DNA of 64,000 nucleotides from Veleropilina oligotropha (lineage: Eukaryota), in the NCBI GenBank assembly GCA_048128005.1, contig JBEUKZ010000112.1:62001-126000 (forward strand). The letters are read 5' to 3'. The notes below the pieces were generated by a model that searched no databases, was not told the DNA's origin, and saw nothing but the letters and a program-made list of their open reading frames with translations. Numbering within the stretch: position 1 is the stretch's first letter; every line of letters begins with the position of its first letter. Below are positions 49,688-64,000 of the stretch, in pieces. A program made the position numbers and the translations under genes.

Positions 49688-52600
49688 TACCTCCATCCGG
49701 GAGTAAATTACTCCCAAAATGGATTACTCCGGGAGTCTCCCGAAATGACATAAATCTCACGAAATCAGATAATCTTTCAGAGATACTTTAATTATCCAGT
49801 AATATTATTTTCTTTCAATGACATTGCATTATGTAATTCTATGCATTTTACTCTACCTTAATTTAATTTGATCCCTGTCACCGCGATATTAGTAGCAATA
49901 TACTCTACGTCATTACCAATGCCATAATAGCCATATTATCGCTAGACCGGAAACTGTGAAACACGCTTTCACTTTCTCTTAAATCTTACACACGCTTACC
50001 TCCCCTGCTCGCCCTCTATGTTCCTCTCCCGAGATCTGCCCAAGTCTCGAGAGACCTCCGAGACCAAGACAGAGCATGTCAATTTTTAGTCATCCGTCAA
50101 TCAGTCCGGACGTGCTTGAGTGTCTAAATTTAATAGACGATATAAAAGAGTTACTTTAAAGAGTTTCTTTCGCACAATATTGTGCCGATTATAAATATTT
50201 ATAATCTGTGAAGCATATAACTGTGATTAGAAGTATTCAGAGCCGAATTATCAAATTTTAAAGTATTAGGTGATTCTGGCCACGAGTTTTTCGGCCGCCA
50301 TCTTGGATATACAAGTGATCTAAAGAAGGCCGCTCAGGGAGGAAAAGTTCTTTAAGCGGGAAAGTTTCGTGTAGCCGAACCTTTCAAAGGAAGAAGTGTT
50401 TTGATCTAATATTGCTTGATATTACCGTGTAATTCATATATATATTAGATAATTCCTTAGCGGCGTATCTTGCTTAAATTCTTAGTAACTTTGTTCAATC
50501 GAATTTAGCGTCGCTAACAAGGCAGATATTTAGGTATTAACGTGCGTTATTTAGCCTATCTGCCGAATCTGGGATATTTCGCCAAAGTTCTAACCTTTTG
50601 AAATCAACATCCACGAGGTTTTCAGGTGTTTTAAGGCGGCTGTTATCTATATATAGCCTCCTCTATCTATATATAGCCTCCTGCATTCAATTTGTTAGTT
50701 TCCGACAAGCCGTTTTAATAAAGCTTATACGTCGGACTTGGTGTCAATTCTAGTCGGGATACTTGTCTGTAACTTGGGTTGCCGAGCAACCCGAAGCGTA
50801 ATTAATAACAAGTCACAGGTTGATATCCGGTCTTATCCTTATACTTCGGATTAGAGACCCCTATAAAGGTGTAGTAGTTATATAGCACGTGAAGCGTACT
50901 ACCCGGATATCCCTTAAATTCCCGGTTTCCTACTACCTATCCTACCCGTGTGATCAGCCATGGTCCGTTGCAGTGACCCTGAGTGTAACCAAAAGATACA
51001 CAGCTTCGACAAACATACGGTATGTCGCATACACCGTAACTGTAGTGTGAAATACCCTTGTTCTAAGTGTCTTACTTTAACAGATAGGCAGTGTGCACTC
51101 ATCTACCCCACCGAAAGAAGGACTACCAGGGAGTCCGTCTCGGTTGGGCAACCCCCGGAGGAACAGACGACGGGTAGGTCAGGGTTAATTTCTGATTCGT
51201 CTGTTTCAGGGACGCGAAGCGACCAGCGAACTGGGGCATCGCATGTCGCAGGACCCGCCGACGAAACCGCTACGGTTTTGGGGAAAGCCGTCGGAACCTC
51301 GCCGGCGTCCCGGGTTCAAGATCAGGTAAGAGGAGCCCGAGTGCAGTCCGTTTCTCCTCGAACCCCAGGCCAAGTAGCTGCGTCCAACAGTACCTTGTCG
51401 GCTAGCAAGGTACATCGGACCTTACAGCGAACGGCTGAGCAGGGCAGGCAGTCCCCTTCCTCTCTTCCGGCCTCGGAAGAGTAGGGGACGGCTAGTCCTT
51501 CTGCAAGAAGCTATATGTCGAGCGGCATACAGCTGACGGCAGAGAAAGTTGGAACAGTTGCCGGACACCACCAAGGTGGTTTAAGATCCGGACCACCAAC
51601 GCAACCCGACTCACTGGCCGATGGTGCGACCGACCCTCCCCAGGGTTCGTCCTTACACCTCGGAGCTCACAGTCTTGTCGGAGGGCCCGTCAACTCCCCT
51701 GTCCCCCTTGGGTTCAGACTAGTTGGCGCGGACGGACCGGCTGCGTTCGGGATGGGCATGTACGCGGGAGTTTCCCCCGTCTACCCACCGAACACAGCGG
51801 CGACCTCCATGGGACTGTGGCCGCAGTCTTTCGGAAGTCGAGCTCCGGTTAACCCGCCTTTTGGCCAGTTCTCCTGTAGTAACCGCTCGTCAGGCGATGC
51901 GAGACCCTGGTTCTCGTATCAACCTGGCCCAGCAGCCCGTCTACCATGTGCCACGATGTCCTCGAGCGATCCACTGGCTGTTGGATCGACGCCCGTCATG
52001 CCTGTCGGTCTCTCTCTGGGGAGCATCCAGGCAATGATTGCGGCGGAATTCGAGACCCGCAGTAGGGCTTGGCTTCCGGCTGTTCAGCCGCCCCAGGTCC
52101 CTGCTCCTCTGATCGTGGTGCAGAGCACGGCTCCTGCCTCGGTGATGGAGGTCGACCCTCGTTCCGACGAGGACGTCCCCTCCGATCGCTCCGATCTTCT
52201 TGAATCGGTCGGTCCCGATGACTCTCGTAGTCAATCAGGCATGCAGGAGCCGATCTCCACCACCCGCCGAAGATACGACGCAGTCGCGTCGCTTCGCGGG
52301 GTGTTAGATCTACCCGACCCGGCCCGGCCGGTAGGTACCGTCAAACACAGGATGGCAGCACACCGTTTTGCTGAGTCTGAGGCTCCCCAGCTTCCCGTAC
52401 TCCCCCAGTCTGGCTTGGTGGATCTGGTCCTGGATCAGACCACCCGTGCCATTCAGGGAGGCAAGACAGTGGAGACGTCTTCTCTCACGGAGTTCCCTCG
52501 GGGCCTCCGTAGAGGAAGATACCTCCGACCCAGTAAGCGATCTTTACCGATCGCCCTTTCTGAGCCGTGCCTGGTGGCTGAGCCAGCACAGATTGACGTA

Positions 52601-53000
52601 GCGATGCGTCGTCTGTCCGCCAACCAAGCTCCCTCGGTAGCGAAGGTGCCATGGATGCCTTCGAGAGCTCTGCTCGACGAGCTCTGCGGCTGTCTTCTGT
52701 ACAGGACTCGTTCCTGGACGGTGCGATAGCCGTTCTACAGGAGGACGGACCCGGCGCTCGCGAGACCATGGAGAGCAACGCGTTGGAGTCCGCGCGTGTC
52801 CTAGGCAACGCGCTCCTACTCGAGGGCACATCGTTAGACGACGCCACCCGGCGTTCTCTGCGATGTGTGCCCTTGTCGGCCCCGACTCTCTTCGGAGGCG
52901 AGTTCACTGAATTCGTCGACAAGAGAGCCGTCGAGCTGAAGGATCGCGCGATTGAGCGCGCAGTGTTGACTACCCCTCGGGGTACTCCTCCTTCCCCATC
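49688..53000 (+). mobile_element. 5' part of a DIRS-like (tyrosine-recombinase) retrotransposon, truncated at 53000
   Basis: GC-rich gag-like frames from 50960 with an N-terminal Cys/His cluster CSDPEC...DKHTVCRIHRNCSVKYPCSKC; no RT in view; left boundary approximate. Confidence 0.62.
50960..53000 (+). pseudogene. gag-like ORF1 with in-frame TAG (51482) and a frameshift near 52650
   Basis: ORFs 50960-51484 and 51515-52729 share a frame; 52651 onward continues in a shifted frame ending ...PTLFGG... Confidence 0.6.
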
Positions 53001-56000
53001 AAGGAAATGCTTTTACTTCACCAGTCGAAATACACCTGATTAAATGATGACGTGCTTCTTTTATATTGAAATTAATTGAAGTTGGATCTTGGTGAAGGAA
53101 ACACGCAAACGCAAAAGCCACAGCCATTACACCACAAATTGGTTCAGATGTTTGCTGTGTAACTTCAGTATATTGAATATTCCTTGCCTCGTTCTTACCA
53201 TACATTACTTCTAGTTGAGAAATTACTTATTTCTTATGAGCAGTAGACATCAATGAATCATACACACATTATTATTATTTATTTAATACATTTATAATGC
53301 GCCTATTCTAGTGTAGCTCTAAGCGCATATGCTTTTAGTTGAAGCACGATAAAAAGATGTTACCCAGTGTCCTGTTAATGGATGAATATTAATTGAGTTT
53401 CTGTCATTTGGTAAGAGATCCTTAGAATCAAAATGATGGGAACCAGTCTGAGATTGTGAGGCCAGGAGATGTAATTCAGCTGGGGTGTAGTATCCTATAT
53501 ATTCAGCAGTAGTGGCGTCACAGTTGGCCCTCATAAGATTCAATGCTACTTCTATGATGTCATCTGGTATTTCCGTGCTGGAATTTCCAATCAGCTATTA
53601 GTTGCAAAGGACTATATTGATGGGAATGAACATTCTGAAAATATATGGAAATGATAATCTTATGAGCTATTGCGAAATGATGCATAATATAATATTTTAT
53701 ATATGATGACAGTAACAAGTACATATCAGACAAATAAAAATCATGGGAATGAATAATCTGAAAATATATTAAAATCATAATCAATATGTAAGTATTTTGA
53801 AATGACTTATAATTATTAATATATGTCTATGAACCACAAACAGCACATATTATTATATATCAGAGAATGGTAAAATGTGGAATTCAAGAGGATGATAATG
53901 TTCGTGTCATCACGACTGGAGGGAATTACATAAATTACTGGACCTCCAAGAGACTAGTTCATGCAGACATGCGATGGAGCAGACTTGAATGTAATGTAAG
54001 TCTACTATAATTATGATGTCTTTGTTAATTGGAAAGACATAACATTTAAAAATAAGTATTACTTTGTTCTTTTTCCTTTCTTTGTCTTTCAATGCCACCT
54101 GTAACTGTGACTTTTTCTTCAACTTGGGCATATCTTCAGTCCACTTGTCTATTAAAATGTTCTTGGTGTGTCTGCCATGTCTGTATTGATCCATAAACAT
54201 GAAATTTTATTATTTTCATTAAAATTCGAAAACATAACATATTAGCATCTTCACGAAACATGACATACAAACTACACTTCGTTCTACTGTAGACATACAG
54301 AGAGGATATAGACTAGGTTCATTCTGAGAGCAAGAAGCATTAGAATTTTTCAAGTTTGATTGATTTATTAGATCAGACATTTTGATGCATTTTAGTAATT
54401 CCTAAATATTTAGTCTTATCAAATATTATCCTGCTCGTAAAGAATGGTATATAATGACGAAGTGTATTTTTGATGCCTTGTGAAGATGGCATATTACATA
54501 TAAACTGAGAAAAACAATAGCTAATTACATAAATTAGGGAAATATATGTTAAGGACAGGTTATATCATCATTTTGTGAAGTTATCCACATGAACACTGGT
54601 ATGTTCTGTTGCACATACAATGACAGGCGTTATGTGATTTAAAATAAACAATAGCGAACACCACTGCCTGTGATGCACAACGACATGATCAGATGGCACA
54701 ATGTGATTTCAAATTAAAAAAAATAGACAGCCGCATAGCTGTCGGGAACCCCAGCCTTATATAGCAATCGGAATATCATATGAAATCTTTGATCGTGACT
54801 TTACCAGTAAAAATGTCTAATTAATAATGTGCTAGTTGTTCATCATATAAAAGTTTGGATGACAAAATAATAAAAAAGTACGAAATAAAAAAATGTCTAA
54901 ATATGAATTTTTTTGTCAAAATCAAAGGTCGTACATGGAATAATATGCTAGGGTAGCTCAAGGAGGGTTAGAATATTAAATTTCAATAAGGTGGCATGTA
55001 TAGTAGCCAAAATATTGTCCGGACAAAACTTGCAATCTGGATTTTGTGTCAACGGTCACACTGGCAAGATCAAAGGTCGTACACGGATAATGATATCGCC
55101 ATGCGCTATGGTGTGTTAAGGTGAGCGACTATTCAAACACTCATCAAGCTGACATGATACAAGCCGAGAGATGATCCAGACAAAACTTCATCTATATTAT
55201 GGATAAGGTCACAATGGCAAGGTCAAAGGTCGCACACGGAAAATTATATCGCCACGTGCTACGGTAAGTCAAGGTAAGTTAGCATACCAAGTTTAGTCAA
55301 GCTGGCAAACATACCGGCCGAGATATGATCCTGACAAAGGCTTTATTCAATATTTGAGTAAGGTCACAAGTCCCTCACCGAAAATAATGTCGCCACGCGC
55401 AAGGGTTGGTCAAGTTAAGTTAATTTATAAAAGTAAATCAAGGATGGCATATATAGTATCAGAGATATTGTCCGGACAAAACTTGCATTCTGTATTTTGG
55501 GTCAAAGGTCACAACGGCATGGTAAAGGTAACACAAGGAAATTATATCGCCATGCGTTAGGGTATGTCAAGGTAAGATAGCATACCAAGTTTCGTCAAGC
55601 TGGCAAACATACAAGTCGAGAGATAATCCGGATAAAATCTTCATCCTATATTATGGATAAGGTCACAAGAGCACGGTTAAAGGTCGCATACGGAAAATTA
55701 TATCACCACGTGCTATGGTAAGACAAGGTAAGTTAGCATACCAAGTTTCGTCAAGCTGGCCGAGATATGATCCAGACAAAAGCGTTATTCTATATTTGGG
55801 TAAGGTCACAAGGGCAAGATCAAAGATCGCCACACGCAAGGTTGGGACAAGGTAAGTTAATTTACAAAAATAAATCAAGATGGCATATATAGTAGCCGAG
55901 ATATTGTACGGACAAAACTTGCATTCTGTATTTTGTGTCAAAGGTCACAACGGCAAGGTCAAAGGTCGCACACGGAAAATTATATCGCCACGCGATACGG

Positions 56001-59000
56001 TACGTCAAGGTAAGTTAGCATACCAAGTTTCATCAAGCTGAGATATATACAAGCTGAGATATGATGCGGACAAAAGCTTCATCATATATTATTGGCAAGG
56101 TCACAAGGGCAAGGGTAGCATACGGAAAATTATTACGCCATGCGCAAGGGTGGGTCAAAGTAATCTAGTACACAAAATTAAATTCAGGTGGCATATATAG
56201 TAGCCGAGATATGGACAGGACATAAGGTCACAACAGCTAGGTCAAAGGTCGCACACGAAAAATTGTATCGCCATCCGCTTGGGTAGGTCATTGTATGTTA
56301 GCATACCAAATTTCATCAAGTTGACATGCACACAAGCAGAGATATGATCCGGACAAATCCTCCGCCCGCCCATCCATCCGCCCGCTTCGGGCGATGACAT
56401 TAACAATAGCGAACACTACTGACTGTGATGCATATAAAATGACATGATCTGAAGGCACAATGTGATTTGAAATAAAACAATAGCGAAGATCACTGCCTGT
56501 GATGCACATAAAATGACATGATCTGTTGACACAATTTAAATTGTGGTTTCAAATAAGCAATAGCGAATATCACTGCCTGTGATACATGAAAACATGACAG
56601 TTCTGTTGACCGATTTATTTATTCACGAGAATGAGCTGCATCGTCACTGATGTCCAATGCATGCAGTAGGTTCCTAATTTGATTGTGGAGCATCACTGGA
56701 CGCTTGATGAGATGAAGTTGGCGTGCCAGTTGCGATTTCAGACGCCATTTGAGTACCTGCAGTACAAAGATCATCGTCAGCGGCAAAGAGACTTTGTGAC
56801 ACACTGGATTCCTGAGATGATCGTGCTGTATCACTCGCCAGTGATACAGCTGTGGGCGGCGACACAGCAGTTTGATTTATGTCATCAAAATCGAATAGAT
56901 ACCCAAGTTGTGTTTGCATTGTCGCTAATTCCGCCTTCAATGCAGTATTTTCGTTCACAAGGAACTTATCTCTACCTTTGAGACATGCGATTTGCTGATG
57001 AAGAGCCATTTGCTCAGTTCTGATTGATTTTCCCAGTTCAGATGTTTTTAGGCAAATGCATTTAACAAGGCGTCGAACTTTCTCCAATGTTTCTAACGTT
57101 CCATCATGGTCCTTTTGTGTTACTGAATAACACGCTGCTCGTAGATTGACGTCGATGTTGGACACAGAATCATTTATGTACTCCACCAGCACATCCATTT
57201 TTGGTCTTTTAGGACTAGGTGGTGGCGCAATGTTGGAAAATGACGCAGGTCGTTTATTTGCCATAATTATTACTGTTCACTGAAACAAATTAGGGAAATC
57301 AGAGCAAAAGTAAAGAAACAATACACAGAGAATGCATTTCGTTGGTTCGTAATCTGCCAGTCCATTTTCTGCTTTGACCATTTGGAAGTAACACCTGGAA
57401 AAGATCGAAATTTCTGATTTTACTGAAATCTGCATACTCTCTTCAGGTGAATAGTATGGAAAAGTATACTGCAAATAATGGAAAAGTATACTGCAAATAA
57501 AGCATTTAACGGGTCAGCGATCACAATTTTAATGATCTAGCTGGAAAAAGAAATTAAAATAGTCATACACTTGGGAGATATATGGTATGCAAAAATATAC
57601 TGTAAAGACAACATTAGAGTTAACGGTAGCTGACATTCACCCATGAATGAAGATGGTTTAAAGCATATTCAATTTATTTGATTTGATTTTTAATTTCAGA
57701 GGTTCATGAGTTAAAAATAATAGACACTTATGCCATCATTACATCTGGTTAAAAGTGATGATTAAGAAATAATACTTGAACAATATTTAATAAGGTGGAA
57801 ATGACCACATGCAAAAGTGAAATGATTGTTTTAAATGTATAGTTAGTTATCAATGCAATTATGTGAAATGCACTGGTCACATGAAAATGATCACACATGC
57901 ATATAATATATAATAAGGTGGAAATGACCACATGCAAAAGTGAAATGATTGTTTTAAATGTATAGTTAGTTATCAATGCAATTATGTGAAATGCACTGGT
58001 CACATGAAAATGATCAGACATGCATATAATATATATTATATATAGTGCAACATGCATTACAGTCAAGAAGATCTAAATAGATAGAGATGTACAATATAGT
58101 ACATAACATGCATTGCATTCAAGAAGATCTACACGGATATAGATGCACTATATATAGACATTATAGTACATGCGTGCACAGTTAAGCAGACCTAATGATG
58201 TTGCCCGGCACCGCCACTAGGAGGCATGTCTATTGTCAAACTTTGCGGATATCAGTTATGCATATAGAGGATCTCACATGAGTGGTGGTGTAATATCACA
58301 TTTATGAAACGAGTTTAACTAATTTTCATATTTTCCGAGGCTTTGCCGAGGAAAATATGAAAATTAGTTAAACGAGTTTCATAAATGTGATATTACACCA
58401 CCACGAATGTGATGTTCTATTTATCACATGTCTGTTTATGATAAAATTAATTTAAAACAATTCACAACTTCGCTATTAGAAAGTAGCGACGTTGACACTA
58501 CGGCGCATTGTAAGTAAGATGGAATGACGTCATACTCACGCAATACAAAAATAGTGAAATTTGCTACGAAATACAATGTTTACGTGTTTGTAAAAGTATA
58601 ATTAAAGATTAAAAAGCAAATATGTGAAGATAAAATGCTAAAATTTTATATATGTTATCTAAAGGAAAAAGAATAATGAATATTATTTGTGCTTAAAATT
58701 TACAACGATAGTCTAAACATCTATGTGCGACACGTTATCGTCGATTACGTTTTGGATTGAGTTTGACCAAAATCGTTTCTATATAAGGCAATTTTTCGGA
58801 TGACGTTACGTCACTTGCGTTTTCATTGGTTACTTTAAGGTCTCTTTGTAAACAGCCAATCGCATTTCGATATGATTTTGAGACACGTGTATTACGACGA
58901 ATAATACACAGTGCTGCACTATGAGAAAATGACCAAGACATGTGATAAATTATTATATTATATTTGTACAAAATATTTGTAAGATAAATATATGTGTATA

Positions 59001-60755
59001 TATAAGCATATATTAAGTATTGAAAGAAATAATGCATATTCAAGTTGTAGAAATCTGCAAAACTTGACCAGTGCCATATACACACAATACCAATGCATAC
59101 ACTAATGGCTACATTAATGACATACAAAAGCATAGTTACCTTTTCAAATATTTCCTGGAATTTTCATGTAATCTTCATCTTCTTGTTAAAATTAGCAATG
59201 TCGGAATGATCGATTGATCCATAGTTGTAAAAAAAGATCATTTGCGCAAATTATCAGGAAAGCAAATTATCGAAAATTGTACTTTGAGCAACAGATCACA
59301 TGACCTTAGGCCTATATTGATGTCAAAAGCATCCTCTCTTCATACACAATCCGTAAATATTCCAAATATGAGCGCGATTGCCCAATATGCACGGTAGATA
59401 TTATACAGAAACCAAATGACCAAAATTCTATTTTTAGACAGATCACATGACCTTTAAAATATTGACTTTCAAATATACAATTCAAAGCATCATTTCCTCA
59501 TACCTCATACACAACCTGCCTATGAGCTTGACCATGACCATTCAATATGAACAGTAGTTATTTCCCTGTGCCCTGAATGCAAATCGCAATCAAAATTCGG
59601 GAAAATTATATTTTTAGCAACAAGTCACGTGACCTTTGGCGTACAGACCTGAAAAGCAATCTCTCCTCTCCTCATAAGCAACCTGTGTACCAAATATGAG
59701 CATAATCGCTCAAAGGAAATGGTAGTTATCGTCTGGAAACCAAATCTGAGTCAAAATTCTATTTTTAGTCGCAGATCACATGACCTTTGGCGTACCGACC
59801 TGAAAAGCAATCCCAAGGGACCACTCCTCATAACCAACCCGTGTACCAAATATGAGCATAATCGCTGAAAGGAAACGTTAGTTATCATCTGGAAACCAAA
59901 TCTGAGTCAAAATTCTATTTTTAGTCGCAGATCACATGACCTTCGGCATACCGACCTGAAAAGCAATCCCAAGGGACCTCTCCTCATAACCAACCCGTGT
60001 ACCAAATATGAGCATAATCGCTGAAAGGAAACGTTAGTTATCGTCTGGAAACCAAATCTGAGTCAAAATTCTATTTTTAGTCGCAGATCACATGACCTTT
60101 GGCGTACCGACCTAAAAAGCAATCCCAAGGGACCTCTCCTCATAAGCAACCCGAGTACCAAATATGAGCATAATCACTCAAAGGAAACAGTAGTTATCGT
60201 CTGGAAACCAAATCTGAGTCAAAATTCTATTTTTATCGCAGATCACATGACCTTTGGCGTACCGCCCTGAAAAGCAATCCCAAGGGACCTCTCCTCATAA
60301 GCAACCTGTGTACCAAATATGAGCATAATCGCTCAAAGGAAACGGTAGTTATGGTCTGGAAACCAAATCTGAGTCAAAATTCTATATTTAGTCGCAGATC
60401 ACATGACCTTTGGCGTGCCGCCCTGAAAAGCAATCCCAAGGGACCTCTCCTCATAAGCAACCCGTGTACCAAATATGAGCATAATCACTCAAAGGAAACG
60501 GTAGTTATGGTCTGGAAACCAAATCTGAGTCAAAATTCTATATTTAGTCGCAGATCACATGACCTTTGGCGTGCCGCCCTGAAAAGCAATCCCAAGGGAC
60601 CTCTCCTCATAAGCAACCTGTGTACCAAATATGAGCATAATCGCTCAAAGGAAACGGTAGTTATCGTCCGGAAACCAAAGTGTGACAGACAGACGGACGG
60701 ACAGACGGACGATACAAAAACAGTATGTCTCCCCACAGGGATGGGGAGACATAAT
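53001..60755 (-). mobile_element. Duplicated 5' half of the Helentron
   Basis: Contains the protease region, nested HINE, 196-aa ORF, palindrome (58282-58404), satellite and 5' hairpin (60724-60754). Confidence 0.9.
56674..57264 (-). CDS. Copy of the 196-aa accessory ORF
   Basis: Identical translation to 23527-24117. Confidence 0.6.
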   Translation of the reverse strand: MANKRPASFSNIAPPPSPKRPKMDVLVEYINDSVSNIDVNLRAACYSVTQKDHDGTLETLEKVRRLVKCICLKTSELGKSIRTEQMALHQQIACLKGRDKFLVNENTALKAELATMQTQLGYLFDFDDINQTAVSPPTAVSLASDTARSSQESSVSQSLFAADDDLCTAGTQMASEIATGTPTSSHQASSDAPQSN

Positions 60756-62632
60756 TATTGATTGATTAAAATCTAATTTTTCTAATACCCACTAGAATTC
60801 AATAGGTCTTCTTTATAATATTCATTATTTTTTGTTTCAAGAATTCATTTTTTCGATATCAAGAATTGCATTTTTAATAATAATAATTCAATCTCTTATA
60901 ATTAATGAGCACCACCAATTAATGAAATACTAATTATAGTATATTTTTAAATCAATAATTGACTTCTTGATATCTCAAAATCGATATCAAATTCGCTATC
61001 TACATCAAATGAGTTCTACGGGATCTTTATTTATATCTATTAAAATTGGAATAAAATTATACAATCGTTCTTATATAATTATTTTTTGGAGACAAACAAA
61101 TAATCATCTGGGAGGACGTTGCGAAAAATTCGGATGCGTGTCTGAACCTTCGGCTGTAATTAATATCGGTGCGAGATTGAATGCTGGTGCAATTTTCGTC
61201 GTCTGCTGGAAATGGATTCTACGGTAAACAAGACGTAAACACAGCATAAAATATACGAAATGTTGTGCAATATTTACAAATCATGCAGTCCTTATATCCA
61301 AAACGTAAAGACAACACGGTTCATTCGTTGTATCAACTGATTGTATGTGTTTGCGATTCGTTTATCATTATATGGACTTTGCCTAGCGCTGAGTTAAAAG
61401 CCTGGGTAGGCCTAAGTACGGCTAGTGCGCTGTAGTTGCGATAAATCGAGGACAGGTATATTATAGGCCTATATATATGATATAGTCAGTGGTCATCGCA
61501 AAACAATGTAACATCTAACGTTCGAGGGCTAGTAGTTTACTAGTATACATATTCACTTCATTATGATCTCAAAACCCATCTATTTACACGGTAACCAGGG
61601 TGATAGGCCTAGGCCTATACATCGAAACACGTTACACTTTTCCTTCATAAGAATTACAAAAATGTAACATTGTATCATTTTTCAAAAGTATACCATTCCA
61701 ACACTGGGGCACTTGCAGTTTAAGGGTCCCCAGTATAAGGTTAGCAAACCCTGCTTACTAATACACTGACCGTAATGCCCATAGAATATTCTCCTAAACC
61801 CTAATGCCCATATTGTATGGCAATGTCCGTAAATCGTGTCCAAATTGGATATTGATCAAGGGTATATGAACGAATAGTAAAATGGAGACCCTTAAACTGC
61901 AAACTACCCCCAACACTTTACAACATTATTAAATTTTACATACATTTTCACATTGTGTTTTTCATTGCATAATTTAATGAGTCTACATATAGTTAATTGT
62001 AGAAAAATGTAGAATACAAAAAGTGGATTTTAGGAGTAGCCGTATTGACAGCGAATTTGTCATCATAAGTATTGATCCAATGAAGGATTTAATGTGTATC
62101 GTTGATTCGGGGAAGTATTTGCAGCATAGATTGAGTTATAATGTACATGCCAGCCCCTCAAACTGCCTAGGATGAAGCACCTGTCTCCCGCTATACTTGG
62201 ATGTATGTTCACTTCATTTCTTATGTTCTCAGAATATGTAAATTGTTCAAAAATAACTCTCTAAATCAAGTCTTTCAACCTCAAGATTGCAGGTGAACCA
62301 TCTCACATATATAAATGACAATTGAGAAATAATAAACATTTTATTCCCTGTGAAAGTGGACCGTCGAGTCACGATGTGGCATCTCAAAAGCTTGGAACAT
62401 ATATTAAGTCAATAGTATAAATAGCAGTGTCATTTATTGAAAATATGATATCTATAAACTGCATCGAAAATGTAATTAAATATTTACATTCATTACGGTT
62501 AAGCACAACATGTTACATATATCACACAAAACTTTATTTTCAGATATTTGCTGTTTGGGTAAATCAAAGCAGCCTATAGCCGCTAAGCGATTCAATATTT
62601 CAACACGAAATTCTACAATCTGGCTGTGACAG

Positions 62633-63225
62633 ATGGAGAACAAAACGGGAAACAATTCGTCAGTTCCTGACGCTGATCCGCCCAACCTATCAACGGAAGC
62701 CATTCCAATTCTCAAAGCTACAGCCATTGTACAAACTGTCGAGAATAAAACTGACGAAACCTCGGGCCAAGGTAGCAAATAGTAGAATGTTTTATCAATT
62801 CTAATGTGACATACATATTGCATCATTATGACCAATCATCACAATAATACATTAGTAGTAATGGTATCACCGTCACTCAGGGTCCGTGGTAGCTAGCCTG
62901 CTATCCGGAAATTATCAAATATCATACGCCTGGTAATTCTAAATTTCCATGATGCTAAATTTTGGAAAACGTCACCATATAATTCAACCTGTGAAGACAT
63001 ATTTTTTAAGAATAATATGTCAAACATCTACATACAGTATATATAATTGTTAATTTTCGTTATAATTTTTTGCAAGGTGACACCAGTAACCTCAGCAAGG
63101 AGCAATTTCTAAAGATAAAAATAAAACTGGAAGATGAAGATTTGTTTGTTGCTAAGCCAAAGAAGACCCACATGGTCCTCGCTGCAGATTGCAGTGGTTC
63201 AATGTCTGGAACTCCATGGAATCAG
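62633..63225 (+). CDS. vWA gene copy 2, first two coding exons (62633-62771, 63077-63225)
   Basis: Same sequence as 29491-29629 and 29935-30083. Confidence 0.88.
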
Positions 63226-64000
63226 GTGAATGCAGTCATCTACAGCTCACCCTGCTACTAGATTCAATAATCATTACTGCGTCATTATCGTACAAAAACT
63301 ATTATATATTAAAATTTTATATACGCTCGGTATGACACCAATACTAAAATTTTACAACACTTAAATTATTGAGGATGTTAACTAGAAAGCCGTATGGCTA
63401 TTTTAGCATCCTACACAAATCATATATTTATAAACAATGAACTCGATTCTTATACATGTATATACTGTACTTAACTTTCATTTTCTACTACATATTTAAA
63501 AATTCCATCTTGTATAATATCAAGTTTTGTACAACATTTGGAATATGTGTGAATAAAATTTGTCTCTTGTCATTAGCTGAGAAATTAGAAGAATGGATGG
63601 GAGATGCTCAGCGAAAGTGTGCAATAATTGGATTTAGTAAATTTTTACAAAACAGAACTACATGTATGCAGACCAAAAATCTTACTGTATTTTCCTGAAT
63701 GACCATTTAATATGCAATACAATTTATTAGGGGAAGAATATTCAGAGCGTCTAACTTTTATTCTAATAGTGTGGGAGAGACAGAGAAGACCATGTGTTCT
63801 AAGTTTTTAGTTGTGAACTCATTGAATGAAAATTTGGAGAAATTTTTCTGCAAGTGAATTAATGAATAAAGAGAAATACTGTTTTAACAGCACCTGCACT
63901 CTGCACTGAGCTGGCAACAGTAATGTGAGCATGCATGGGGAAGAACTTAAACAATTCAAATCAAATCTTATCAATTTAACTGAATATAAATAAGTCACTT

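Larger units (their letters stand above)
53001..64000 (+). repeat. Second copy of 19854-30858 (segmental/tandem duplication)
   Basis: Offset 33147, then 33142 after a 5-bp indel near 61237; only about seven differences noticed in 11 kb. Confidence 0.97.

Noticed and set aside
52651..53043. Functional gag-Helentron fusion protein
   Set aside because: Only about 13 antisense-derived residues follow the junction and the upstream gag is already disrupted

Overview
Repeat-rich animal genomic DNA with spliceosomal introns and tRNA-derived SINEs; satellite-bearing Helentron derivatives suggest a mollusc-like invertebrate (inference). Main contents: (1) an apparently full-length ~17.8 kb Helentron/Helitron2 on the minus strand (about 9797-27608) with both termini recognisable, encoding a spliced but disabled protein ordered Ulp1/C48-like cysteine protease, basic repeat, Cys-rich domain, HUH Rep, PIF1 helicase, APE endonuclease, plus a separate 196-aa ORF and a 159-bp satellite at its 5' end; (2) an uncharacterised vWA (MIDAS) gene with 15 visible coding exons on the plus strand (29491-49644), whose introns hold two Harbinger transposons, HINEs, SINEs, MITEs and a Penelope-type hammerhead remnant; (3) a DIRS-like gag region cut at 53000; (4) from 53001 to the window end, a ~99.9% identical second copy of 19854-30858, consistent with a ~33.1 kb tandem duplication or a haplotype assembly artefact; (5) a 5'-truncated CR1-group LINE nested in a TIR element. 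Everything was read by eye; no database searches were run.
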